This document shows, in pieces, positions 54,901 to 62,820 of a stretch of 64,000 nt of DNA (positions within the stretch are counted from its first letter, which is position 1; each line of letters starts with the position of its first letter). Source of the stretch: a virus. Under the pieces are notes generated by a model that saw only the letters and a list, made by a program, of their open reading frames with translations, was not told where the DNA came from and made no database searches. The stretch covers positions 32,001-96,000 of IMG/VR virus record IMGVR_UViG_3300034111_000335. One strand, 5' to 3'. The position numbers and the translations under genes are program-made.

Positions 54901-57772
54901 TCCTGAGTTCTATAAACAAAGAAAAAAAATAGTAGATGCAGTTGCTGCTATTCAGTCTAGGTATCCTGTTCCTTCAGGTGTTCGTAAAATGGATGAAGTA
55001 TGGAATGATATATTCGGGGTATTGAAGGGATATAAGAACACAGATAACTTCTACGAAGGTTCTAAGATCGCTTCTCCTAATCCAGATGGAACTCCTTCTA
55101 ATCTCTCTACTCTTGTTAGAGCATTAGAAGAAGAAATAGAAGCAATTAAAACTGCTTACAAGACTGATGTAGATATGTCTAAAGAAGATTCTGACAATCT
55201 CAAGGATCTGTTTTCTTCTTTTGGAGACATCCAAGAAAAGGTCTACACTCCTGATTATGTAAGGGAATACACTAGTAAGTTAAATCTAATTAAAACTTCT
55301 TTAATTGCTCAAAACAATGTAAAGTACCAAGACCAAACTGATGACTCTCTATTAGAGTTAGATGCAACTAAAGAACTTAGAAAGACTGATTGGTACAAAC
55401 AAAACCACAAAAAAGTAAACGTATGGGATGAGAACAATCAGATATGGACTTTATCTGATGAACCTTTATATTTCTGGATGTCTACCGAACCTACAGATAA
55501 AACTTTGATTAGCGATACTTCTCCTTCTTTTAGATGGAATACTATTGCAGTGAACCCTAGATACATTAAACCAGAAGTAAAGAATGTAAAATACAGTAAG
55601 CGTGTTCCTTTACGTACAGACAGAACTGAATATAGAAACAAAGAGTACGATAAATTAGATGCTAAGGAAAAAGAAATTCTTCAGAAGATTACAGATCTTT
55701 ATTTAGATCTTCAGAAAGGAACACCTATGAATCTTAAGAAAGGATTAGAGTTGCCTAGTGTTATGATGGACCCTGTAGAAAGGTCTCTGAAAGATACTAA
55801 TATGGGTACACTTAAATCCAAAATAGGATCTACTTTTCAAGGTATTTGGGATAGAGCTACTTTTGAAGATGACGAAGAAACAGCAAGGACTGAAGAAGGG
55901 GGATCTGTTATACAAAAGGTAAGTAAGAAACTTTATTTAAAATATAATAGACCTATTCCTGCAGATAAAATGAGTCTAAACATTCTTAACAGTATTGGAA
56001 TGTATGGTGCAGACTTAATCAGATTCAAAGAAGCTTATGAAGTAATGCCTTACATCTATGGTATGCAAGACGTATTAAAAGAGTCTTTGCCTGGTACTAA
56101 GATTGAGAAGATGATTAATAACTTGTTTGAACGTAAGTTACAAGGTAAGAATCGTAAGTTCTTAGTAAACAACAAAGCGGGTAGAATGGTAGAGAAAGTA
56201 CTTGATATGTCTTTATCTGTCAACTCTCCTATTGTACTTGCTTACCGTCTTCCTTCTAGTGTAAAAAACTTTATGGCAGGATCTGCTAACATCTTTATAC
56301 AAGCTGGTATATATGGTTTAAGTCGTAAGGAAATTTTTAAGGCTATGGGTAGAAATGCTGTACATATAGCAGACTTGTTTCAGTCAGAAGTAGAAGATGG
56401 TAGAGATTCTGAATACATTGCTCGTATGAGATACTTTAATGTTATGCCAGAAGATCAACTAAGTGAAACAGGACGTAAGTTATTTATTTCTAAGTTAGGC
56501 AAGTATCGTAAGTACAATCCATTTAACTTTCTAGGATTCTTTAGAACCTTTGGTGAATTTGAAATGAGAAGTGCAGTTGCAGAGGCTATGTCTCAGCAGT
56601 TTTTAGTTCCTTTGATAGATAAACCTGAAGGAGTTCCTTTGTTTGAAGCATACGACTTTAAAGACGGAATTCTTGTTCCTAAGGATACGATTGTAGACTT
56701 AGAAGGATTTTCAAAAATAGAACAATACTACAGAGGTAAACTTAACCACGTTAACGCTGCTATCCAAGGTGCTTATGGATCTATGGACAAAGGAGAGTAT
56801 AGTAGATACACTCTTGGTAGAATTATAGGAAACATGAAAGGATGGGTTGCTTATCAAGGTATGAGGAGATTTAAAGTAGGCAGAACTATTAATCCTAGAT
56901 CAGGAGAAGAGTTTCAAGGTTTCTACGTGACAGTAATTCAAGCGCTTAAATTACTTTATCAAACAAACTTCTCATTACCGGCAACTAGAAATCTTATGAC
57001 TCCTGCAGAACGCAGAGAAACAGAAGGTGCAGCTATAGATATGCTTGCATTAGCTTTAATTATGGGAGTATCTGCCTTGCTTAATAGTTTAAGATATGAT
57101 GATGAGGATGATGAAGATATGTATGTAGTGTATTTCTTGCTTTATAACTTGTTATTGATTGAAGACGAGTTAAACAGTTTGAACCCTGTATTTAGTCCTT
57201 TGTCTATTTACCATTCTAGGTTTGAAAACAACGTAGACGGACAAAACTTTGCTCAGTATTACTTGAATAGAAACGTATTACTTCCGTTTGCAGGTGCTAC
57301 AGATGCTGTAAAACTAACTGTAGAAATGCTTAATCCTTTTGACGATGCAAGTCCCTTTGATGAGTATGTTCCTAGGAGTAGAAGTGGTAAGATCTCTAAC
57401 CCTAAAAGATACCCACCAGATCCTACTCTTAAAGGAGATATAGAAATATCTGCTCGTATCCAAAAACTATTTGGATTAAACGCTTCTATAAACTACTTCT
57501 TAAACCCTGAGTATCTGTTTAGAAAGTACGAAAAGTATAACCCTAAGTGGTATGTAAGTAGTTTAGAAGCAGACTTAAGAGGAGAGAAACGTTCTGTAAA
57601 CTCCATAGATAAACAAATAAAATCTATTGAAAGACAAATAGACTACGTAGACGATGTAGATACTAAGGAAAGTCTATTGAATAAAATAGAATCCTTACAG
57701 ATGGAAAGATCAGAGTCTAGAGATAGGACATCTTCTTTAACAGAAATATACTCAGAGACTGGGAGGAAATAA
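51986..57772 (+). CDS. Giant cargo protein with zincin-like metallopeptidase motif
   Basis: 1928 aa. ILHEILH (52826-40) plus HEFVSEFFTNPDF; long coiled coils; hydrophobic segments near the C-terminus. Confidence 0.75.
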   Translation: MSKGCVIKYTNPVTGMNQTSVLAYTLSQVGYSNEQAIDLVKQGSLYSKKDGYNTWPKPLNKDKSRFGNFVEIDSDNLLRNVGIDSLTSDQVKYLRAAQDLFEDVQVRIDNPINLTTLVEMANYIKNNGLASVSIEIVNPEAPVLERMYKVYPIPFTELNMVYLSSFIEGEVFNKRLVNGEESRIEFLKKYVDFQNPDVYDTLVKILNDPETPDYEKFVIKKLLPIIDLIPTIGLDFFTGKDLQNRDVIPMGEYVPELHKIKLNVFGLKNRGLDYSRRVILHEILHSVLSSTLQNPTSEIDKELVNSLKPILAYYQQKYSTKKRTDTYYGFKDIHEFVSEFFTNPDFRNTLESEEPNWFIKIIDAIFKFFGKKLNLNQNPNSLENIDLLMENFFNEILLAQDINTSIIYTKFDSIPYTMSVPQMLEMDTFVEENSDFLTRLDELLQDENLINWSKVRDQAEILGVNVGSVLRTKDMFVEISAAEAKESFKSLVSFFHDSSKYLASVRTSLNKMSSDPTITKDQLFRQAYHAKELGEQYTNLAQNYRRVMGDLGANTILGQQLLNLEATADSLSKAYFNNAVEALAIKLADEFAPQTKDAQKRIQDNIDRFKVSLASAQKLGNTRLIKLTEDRIRNEEARMSTLATKTNLLKALRGQIKDVGNFSLFLESAGLSGNILTGTVGGMIANQFDTANVKAQAMEVKLKKIADELQNHLKSKGMGVNTAFDFENVFGRFIKKVEIVENKNGKISKRETLVLLSEMDEVRYNNLITKLKAELRELKQTKVQDSTVKDLIRAKEEEIRRTRSEFEVQPFEDIYYQIQNMLSAEAKEARDLIFEEMNKIQVGSLTEENSEEQLDKLDDLKEELDLLESDYDKNKNLKDEAGLRIAANIREWKKSRAAAELYTYTISKENQALFDSQLNSKKTAYDKAAADYQQAVDDNADADTLDYKKQTVDYYKKQFELWKANNCVRKIDPEFYKQRKKIVDAVAAIQSRYPVPSGVRKMDEVWNDIFGVLKGYKNTDNFYEGSKIASPNPDGTPSNLSTLVRALEEEIEAIKTAYKTDVDMSKEDSDNLKDLFSSFGDIQEKVYTPDYVREYTSKLNLIKTSLIAQNNVKYQDQTDDSLLELDATKELRKTDWYKQNHKKVNVWDENNQIWTLSDEPLYFWMSTEPTDKTLISDTSPSFRWNTIAVNPRYIKPEVKNVKYSKRVPLRTDRTEYRNKEYDKLDAKEKEILQKITDLYLDLQKGTPMNLKKGLELPSVMMDPVERSLKDTNMGTLKSKIGSTFQGIWDRATFEDDEETARTEEGGSVIQKVSKKLYLKYNRPIPADKMSLNILNSIGMYGADLIRFKEAYEVMPYIYGMQDVLKESLPGTKIEKMINNLFERKLQGKNRKFLVNNKAGRMVEKVLDMSLSVNSPIVLAYRLPSSVKNFMAGSANIFIQAGIYGLSRKEIFKAMGRNAVHIADLFQSEVEDGRDSEYIARMRYFNVMPEDQLSETGRKLFISKLGKYRKYNPFNFLGFFRTFGEFEMRSAVAEAMSQQFLVPLIDKPEGVPLFEAYDFKDGILVPKDTIVDLEGFSKIEQYYRGKLNHVNAAIQGAYGSMDKGEYSRYTLGRIIGNMKGWVAYQGMRRFKVGRTINPRSGEEFQGFYVTVIQALKLLYQTNFSLPATRNLMTPAERRETEGAAIDMLALALIMGVSALLNSLRYDDEDDEDMYVVYFLLYNLLLIEDELNSLNPVFSPLSIYHSRFENNVDGQNFAQYYLNRNVLLPFAGATDAVKLTVEMLNPFDDASPFDEYVPRSRSGKISNPKRYPPDPTLKGDIEISARIQKLFGLNASINYFLNPEYLFRKYEKYNPKWYVSSLEADLRGEKRSVNSIDKQIKSIERQIDYVDDVDTKESLLNKIESLQMERSESRDRTSSLTEIYSETGRK

Positions 57773-57785
57773 TCCTCCTAGTTTC
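57755..57785 (+). terminator. Hairpin overlapping the stop of the last giant gene
   Basis: gagactgggagga-aataa-tcctcctagtttc followed by T-rich sequence. Confidence 0.65.
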
Positions 57786-57815
57786 TTGACTTTATTTTTA
57801 ATTAAAGTATTTTTG
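57785..57815 (+). promoter_or_regulatory. Promoter CTTG-N19-TATTTTTG
   Basis: TTG 57786-88 and TATTTTTG 57808-15. Confidence 0.75.
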
Positions 57816-57861
57816 TTATACGGACTAAGGTCGGACTTAACAGTCGTAAAGATAAATATTT

Positions 57862-58200
57862 ATGGAAACACATGACATTCTCAGAGAGCAATCAAAGAAA
57901 CTTCGTCACATCGAAGGTCAACTTTGTTGCATCAACGCTAGCGTAACTGCGGAAGCAGGTATGAACGGCAGTAAAGTAATCTCAGGCACATCACCAGTTA
58001 CAGGTACTTTTCAGTACTTTGTTGTTAACGCATCAGCTGTAGTTAGTGCTATCTTAGATCAGAACGCAGCTAGTCTTATGACAAGCTTAGGTCTTTCAGG
58101 AGTTACTTTGGCACCAGGAATGAAGATTAGCGTAGCTAAAGGAACAACTATCTCTTCTATAACACTTGCTTCAGGATCTATTATTGCTTACAACGCTTAA
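57862..58200 (+). CDS. Small beta-rich protein, probably structural
   Basis: 112 aa, S/T/A/G-rich, ends ITLASGSIIAYNA, contains a CC motif like the tail proteins. Confidence 0.55.
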   Translation: METHDILREQSKKLRHIEGQLCCINASVTAEAGMNGSKVISGTSPVTGTFQYFVVNASAVVSAILDQNAASLMTSLGLSGVTLAPGMKISVAKGTTISSITLASGSIIAYNA

Positions 58201-58203
58201 TTG

Positions 58204-58629
58204 ATGAAGACCCTTTTAGTAACTATCACCACAGTATGTGCCTTTTTGGGCACATATTTTTTAAATCTAACTGCAGATAACGCAGAACAATACTTAGCGA
58301 TTGTTGCTGTTGTATTTGTAGATGGATTTTTTGGTGTATGGGCAGGTACTAAGAAGATTGGTTTTCAAACAAGAAAAGCAGTTAAAGTACTTCAGACTTT
58401 GTTTGCTTGGGTAATGATTCTTTCTGCTATCTTAATGGTAGAGAAAGGATTTGATGGTACGTTCTGGCTTTCAGAAACTTTCTGTGCTCCTTTTATTGTC
58501 TTCCAACTTATTAGTGCTCTTAAGAATGCTAACACAGTAGGAGTAATAAACAACAGTGTACTATCTCAGATCTTAGCAAAGATAGACCAGCATAAATTTA
58601 ACCACGATAATGAAAAACCTCTCGATTAA
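58204..58629 (+). CDS. Holin (phage holin family 4-like)
   Basis: 3-4 TM segments; VFVDGFFGVWAG...K and QLISALKNA...G pattern. Confidence 0.7.
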   Translation: MKTLLVTITTVCAFLGTYFLNLTADNAEQYLAIVAVVFVDGFFGVWAGTKKIGFQTRKAVKVLQTLFAWVMILSAILMVEKGFDGTFWLSETFCAPFIVFQLISALKNANTVGVINNSVLSQILAKIDQHKFNHDNEKPLD

Positions 58630-58927
58630 ACTTAATATTATCTTTTTCTTCATCATTGCTTACTTACTTTTTAAGTATGAGTATGTACAGGAACAAGATA
58701 CTAATCAAGTAATATCTTTTATTGATTCTATAGATAAACAAAACGATACTTACTTTGAAAAGATTGACTCTCTAGAACATATAAAGCACGAAGAGTATTT
58801 CCGTTACGAACAAATCACCCTAAAGTATGACACAATTCAGATTGCTATTGACACTATGCCTGATATTGACGGCACAAAATTCTTACTCACAATCAGTAGA
58901 CAGCTTACCCTTAAAGGAGTTGAATAA
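58610..58927 (+). CDS. Membrane-anchored coiled-coil protein (i-spanin-like)
   Basis: N-terminal TM IIFFFIIAYLLF followed by a periplasmic helix; follows the holin. Confidence 0.5.
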   Translation: MKNLSIKLNIIFFFIIAYLLFKYEYVQEQDTNQVISFIDSIDKQNDTYFEKIDSLEHIKHEEYFRYEQITLKYDTIQIAIDTMPDIDGTKFLLTISRQLTLKGVE

Positions 58928-59186
58928 TGAGTTCCTAAAAGGAATTCAAGCACGTGAGAGAGTAGTAAGTCTTAAGAAGATTATCAAGACAGATAGCGTT
59001 CAGTTATCCTTGTATAAAGATTCTATTATCCCTAACTATAAGAAGGCTTTAGATACCGCTAAAGTAGAGATAGTTCGCTTAGATACTAAAGTTAGGTCTC
59101 AAGCAGAAACAATTAAAACTTTAAAGAACGTTTTGAAAGGCGGGTTATTTGCTATAGCTTTGTTAACCATAGGGTTAATACTTTAA
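58827..59186 (+). CDS. Signal peptide + coiled coil + C-terminal TM protein (spanin-like)
   Basis: MTQFRLLLTLCLILTAQNSYS|Q and C-terminal GGLFAIALLTIGLIL; 101-nt overlap with the upstream gene. Confidence 0.5.
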   Translation: MTQFRLLLTLCLILTAQNSYSQSVDSLPLKELNNEFLKGIQARERVVSLKKIIKTDSVQLSLYKDSIIPNYKKALDTAKVEIVRLDTKVRSQAETIKTLKNVLKGGLFAIALLTIGLIL

Positions 59187-59197
59187 CCTACCAGCCT

Positions 59198-60517
59198 ATG
59201 ATGCCAATCTCAAAACAGATTATCCAACACTACATGGATAATCCAAATACGGATGAGTCAGCTTTAGAAGTTGCTATTCGTTTCAACTACCAACCAGAAG
59301 TATATAATGAACTAAGAGCTAAGCGAGTTCGTGACTTAAAAAGAACTGCTATGTATAAGTTGGGTGCAGATAAACCTTTAACGCCTAACGATCAACCTAC
59401 ACAAATTACAGGAACTTATGATGAGAATCTAGATAAAGGTACACTTGAGGTATCTAAACTAGTTTCTACTCAGCCTAGATCTTCTGAAGAAATCATTGAA
59501 ATTCACAAGATAGACAGAACTAAGTGGAGATTAGTACAGTATTGGAGTAAAGAAAAACAATCAGGTTGGCTAGTGTCAGCCTTATTTGCTTCTATAAAGC
59601 CTGAGGACACTTTTCCTCAAGACATAGAGAACGTTCTCAGAGAGGTTTTCCTAGAATCTAATATAACTCCGTACCCAACACCTAGAAAGTCTCCTATAGC
59701 GTCTAAGAAAGGCTTATTCGTCTACATGAGTGACAAACACGTAGGTGCTCTTACTCATCCTAACTCTATTTTCAACAATCAGTACAACGAAGATGTCTTC
59801 GAAGTACGTATGATGAGAGTATTAGAAGAGATAGAGAAGCAAGTAAAGACCTATGGAAGGTTAGAAGATCTTTTTATTTGTGATTTAGGAGATTCATTAG
59901 ATGGTTGGAGTGGTCAAACTACTAGAGGAGGACATGCACTTCCCCAGAACATGAACAATAAGGAGTCTTTTATGACGTATCTTTATGCTCATAAGCGATT
60001 CTTTGACCTGTTAGTAGAAAAAAACTTAGCTAATAACATTCATGCTATTATGCAGACAGAAGATAACCACTCAGGTTCTTTTGGCTACATAACTAACCAA
60101 GCACTAACTCTTTATTTAAATACGGCTTATCCTTTTATCAAAGTAACGATAATGGAGAAGTTCTTAGAACATTTTGACTATGGAAAACATACATTTATTT
60201 TTACTCATGGAAAAGACTCTGAGGATCTTAAGCATGGTCTTCCCCTTTTCTTAACTGAGAAAGCAGAAAATTTCCTTAACAAGTATATAGATCACCACAA
60301 TTTAGGAGAGAATAAAAACATCTCAATAGTAAAAGGTGACCTACATACAGAGAGCATGCAGCAAGTTTACAAGTTTAGATATAGGAATGTATTGTCTATG
60401 TACGGCTCTTCTAAGTGGATAATGAATAACTTTGGTCCTGGTTATCCAGGAGTTTCGTTTGATTTAGTAGAAAAAGATACGGATTTAATATATTCGTTTT
60501 ATATTCGCTTTAAATAA
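59198..60517 (+). CDS. Calcineurin-like metallophosphoesterase with N-terminal extension
   Basis: Motifs SDKHVG, LGDSLDG, DNH, FTHG and GDLH in canonical order. Confidence 0.8.
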   Translation: MMPISKQIIQHYMDNPNTDESALEVAIRFNYQPEVYNELRAKRVRDLKRTAMYKLGADKPLTPNDQPTQITGTYDENLDKGTLEVSKLVSTQPRSSEEIIEIHKIDRTKWRLVQYWSKEKQSGWLVSALFASIKPEDTFPQDIENVLREVFLESNITPYPTPRKSPIASKKGLFVYMSDKHVGALTHPNSIFNNQYNEDVFEVRMMRVLEEIEKQVKTYGRLEDLFICDLGDSLDGWSGQTTRGGHALPQNMNNKESFMTYLYAHKRFFDLLVEKNLANNIHAIMQTEDNHSGSFGYITNQALTLYLNTAYPFIKVTIMEKFLEHFDYGKHTFIFTHGKDSEDLKHGLPLFLTEKAENFLNKYIDHHNLGENKNISIVKGDLHTESMQQVYKFRYRNVLSMYGSSKWIMNNFGPGYPGVSFDLVEKDTDLIYSFYIRFK

Positions 60518-60524
60518 AATTAAG

Positions 60525-60755
60525 ATGATTAAGATAGCAGATATAGATAAACTTATAAACCAGTTCTATTTAGACTCAGAGAAGGATGGGTTAGCAGTAA
60601 GACCTAATGTGGTACTGCTTACAGAGGATCAGTTTGAGGATCTATTAAAAGAAATGGGAGTAGAGGAAGAAGACGATGTTGTGATAGAAAGTATACTAGG
60701 ATTAGATGTCGTCATAGCAAACGGGATAGAACATCCAAGAGTAATAAGATTATAA
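60525..60755 (+). CDS. Small acidic hypothetical protein
   Basis: 76-aa ORF with A-rich leader, ending at a terminator. Confidence 0.65.
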   Translation: MIKIADIDKLINQFYLDSEKDGLAVRPNVVLLTEDQFEDLLKEMGVEEEDDVVIESILGLDVVIANGIEHPRVIRL

Positions 60756-60790
60756 AAAAAGGGGCCCTATTAAGAGCCCCTTTTCTTTTG
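60754..60790. terminator. Bidirectional intrinsic terminator between convergent blocks
   Basis: A7-ggggc-cctattaaga-gcccc-ttttctttt. Confidence 0.8.
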
Positions 60791-60796
60791 GTTGGT

Positions 60797-60838
60797 AAAC
60801 TAAATAACTAAAAACTAAAACTAAATAAACTAAAACTA
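60797..60838. repeat. Short tandem AACTA repeat (6 imperfect copies)
   Basis: aaactaaataactaaaaactaaaactaaataaactaaaacta; 21 nt identical to 31886-31906. Confidence 0.7.
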
Positions 60839-60841
60839 TGA

Positions 60842-61165
60842 TTACATCGCTTGTGGTCCTCCTGTAGCAGCTAAGAAAGCAAGAACTTCTTCTTTTACTT
60901 TCAGCTCTACTACGATTGGCTCACTTGTGATTTCAAATTTAGTGATTTTTACTGGAACTTTTTGCTTAGTTGCAGGATCAATTTTGTATTGATAGTCTAC
61001 AGGGTTAAGTTTATCAGCGTTACCTTCTAAGACAACGGCTAAACCATTCTCTGTAGGGTAAGTCATAAGAACCTTGTGGATGTTAAAAGAGAAACCTTTC
61101 TTGATGATCAATTCCATCTCTTCACCGTTCTCTACTTTTTCTTTTTCTGTGTAATAGAATAACAT
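60842..61165 (-). CDS. Hypothetical protein
   Basis: ORF 60842..61186; ATG 61165 preferred (MLFYYTEK...). Confidence 0.65.
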   Translation of the reverse strand: MLFYYTEKEKVENGEEMELIIKKGFSFNIHKVLMTYPTENGLAVVLEGNADKLNPVDYQYKIDPATKQKVPVKITKFEITSEPIVVELKVKEEVLAFLAATGGPQAM

Positions 61166-61179
61166 ATTTGTCTTTTTAA

Positions 61180-61461
61180 TTACCAAACGATAGCAATGTC
61201 TCGATCACTTACCATGATCTTTTCTTCTCCTTCTACTTCAACTAACTCTGCTGATTGAAGGTACATGATGTTTACATAAACGAAGTCTCCTACTTTTACG
61301 TTGGTTACTTCTTCTCCGAGAGCGTATACTTCTAAACGCTTAAGGTTAGCCAACTCTTTCATGTTCAACTCTTCTTCCATCTCTGGTGTAAGTTGAATGA
61401 GTCTTTCTTCTCTCTTAGGACGGTTGAGTAATACTCGGTGTCCTTTTACTGTGATTGCCAT
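61180..61461 (-). CDS. groES: GroES/Cpn10-like co-chaperonin
   Basis: GHRVLL...LEVYALGEEVTNVKVGDFVYV...VEVEGEEKIMVSDRDIAIV. Confidence 0.8.
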   Translation of the reverse strand: MAITVKGHRVLLNRPKREERLIQLTPEMEEELNMKELANLKRLEVYALGEEVTNVKVGDFVYVNIMYLQSAELVEVEGEEKIMVSDRDIAIVW

Positions 61462-61467
61462 ATTGTT

Positions 61468-61908
61468 TTAATTTGTTTTTGCTTTGATTACATCTAGACC
61501 TGCTGCTATTAATAGTTCTAATCCTGTTCTATCTCTATAATCTTCTAGATATACAAATGTAGTGATTCCACTTTGAATAATCAACTTAGCACAATGCACA
61601 CAGCATGCATGAGTACAGTACATAACGGCTCCTTCTGTACTGATAGGACTCTTGCATGCTTTAGTAATTGCATTGGATTCTGAGTGGAGTACGTATTCAA
61701 AGGTTGTATCATTCTCTTCACATACATTTGGAAACCCTGAAGGAGTTCCATTATACCCAAAAGAGATAATGTTTCCGTTCTTTACGATTAAAGATCCTAC
61801 CTGGAGTCTCTTACAGTAAGATTCTTGAGCGATTCTTACAGCTAAATCTAAGTAAAGTTCAGACTTATCAGTCTTAGGCATGTTATATATGATAGGTATT
61901 TTATACAT
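61468..61908 (-). CDS. dCMP deaminase
   Basis: SYCKRLQVGSLIVK...GYNGTPSG...LHSESNAI...CVHCAKLIIQSGI. Confidence 0.9.
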   Translation of the reverse strand: MYKIPIIYNMPKTDKSELYLDLAVRIAQESYCKRLQVGSLIVKNGNIISFGYNGTPSGFPNVCEENDTTFEYVLHSESNAITKACKSPISTEGAVMYCTHACCVHCAKLIIQSGITTFVYLEDYRDRTGLELLIAAGLDVIKAKTN

Positions 61909-62359
61909 TATTGTTTATTAAAAATTGTTCAGGTGGTACAAATCTACAAAGTTCTCTTGGTATTCTGTAGAAATAATCTTCTCCAGATCTTTCTCTCGTA
62001 TTAATATATAACCTCTCTAAGTACTCTTTTTTAAAAATCTTATCAGATCTTACAATTAGAGCTGCATATGTTTTACTGCTTATAATTATATAAAAGAACA
62101 AATGATCTTTACTAAATTTTTTCTTTCTATCTAAAAAAGAAACAGTAGAATATGGAAAACTATTCATATCAGTAAAAGCGGTATTTTTCATTTCTACTTC
62201 AAAGAAGTATCTTTTACCGTCTTTGTAGGCTACAATGTCTATGTTGTAATCTTCTTCCTCCTTTGGCTCAATTGTATAACCATGACTTTCTAAGAAGGAA
62301 CATGTAAGTTTCCTTCCTAGAGCGTCATATCGGTCATATTGATCTTTTACAAATTTCAA
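61901..62359 (-). CDS. PD-(D/E)XK nuclease-like protein
   Basis: IDIVAYKDGKRYFFEVEMK; TTG start. Confidence 0.65.
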   Translation of the reverse strand: MKFVKDQYDRYDALGRKLTCSFLESHGYTIEPKEEEDYNIDIVAYKDGKRYFFEVEMKNTAFTDMNSFPYSTVSFLDRKKKFSKDHLFFYIIISSKTYAALIVRSDKIFKKEYLERLYINTRERSGEDYFYRIPRELCRFVPPEQFLINNNV

Positions 62360-62361
62360 AA

Positions 62362-62820
62362 CTATCTTAAACTGAGTTCAAATCTAAAGATTTCTTTTGG
62401 AATATCTACAACTACGTCTTTAAAATTTATATCACGATGTAAAAGAGATTTATAATCTTTGGACATGTCATTAAACCTACCTTGCTTAAACAATTCAATG
62501 TCTCTATGATATAAAGAACTAGGTCTAAAGACATACATAACCATGTTATCTACTTCATAATAGTCGTAGAAAGAGTCAAATCCTGTAATTTTAGTTTCAA
62601 ACATCTCAAAAGCATCTTTGTCTGTAGGCTTAAACAAAAAGAACAAACAGTTAGTGTACTTACTTTTATACCCGTAATCATCTATGTAAACATTAACTAA
62701 CCCAAAGTTAGCAAGTAAACGAGCAGCATTAGCCCCTGATGTAAATATCATGGGGCTAAGAAACTTGGTGGTATTGTTTGTAGTATCTGAGTACACTTTA
62801 CACAATTCTAAGTCCGTCAT
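62362..62820 (-). CDS. Hypothetical protein
   Basis: 152-aa ORF within the operon. Confidence 0.65.
   Translation of the reverse strand: MTDLELCKVYSDTTNNTTKFLSPMIFTSGANAARLLANFGLVNVYIDDYGYKSKYTNCLFFLFKPTDKDAFEMFETKITGFDSFYDYYEVDNMVMYVFRPSSLYHRDIELFKQGRFNDMSKDYKSLLHRDINFKDVVVDIPKEIFRFELSLR

Noticed and set aside
9293-55641. Numerous short antisense or nested ORFs in the track (e.g. 17285..17794, 35717..36076, 47604..48026)
   Set aside because: They lie fully within long genes, lack leaders or promoters, and have the composition typical of antisense shadows
61468-61908. Inactive dCMP deaminase (HSE and CCxxC instead of HAE and PCxxC)
   Set aside because: Zn ligands and the catalytic Glu are retained; the changes are at non-ligand positions
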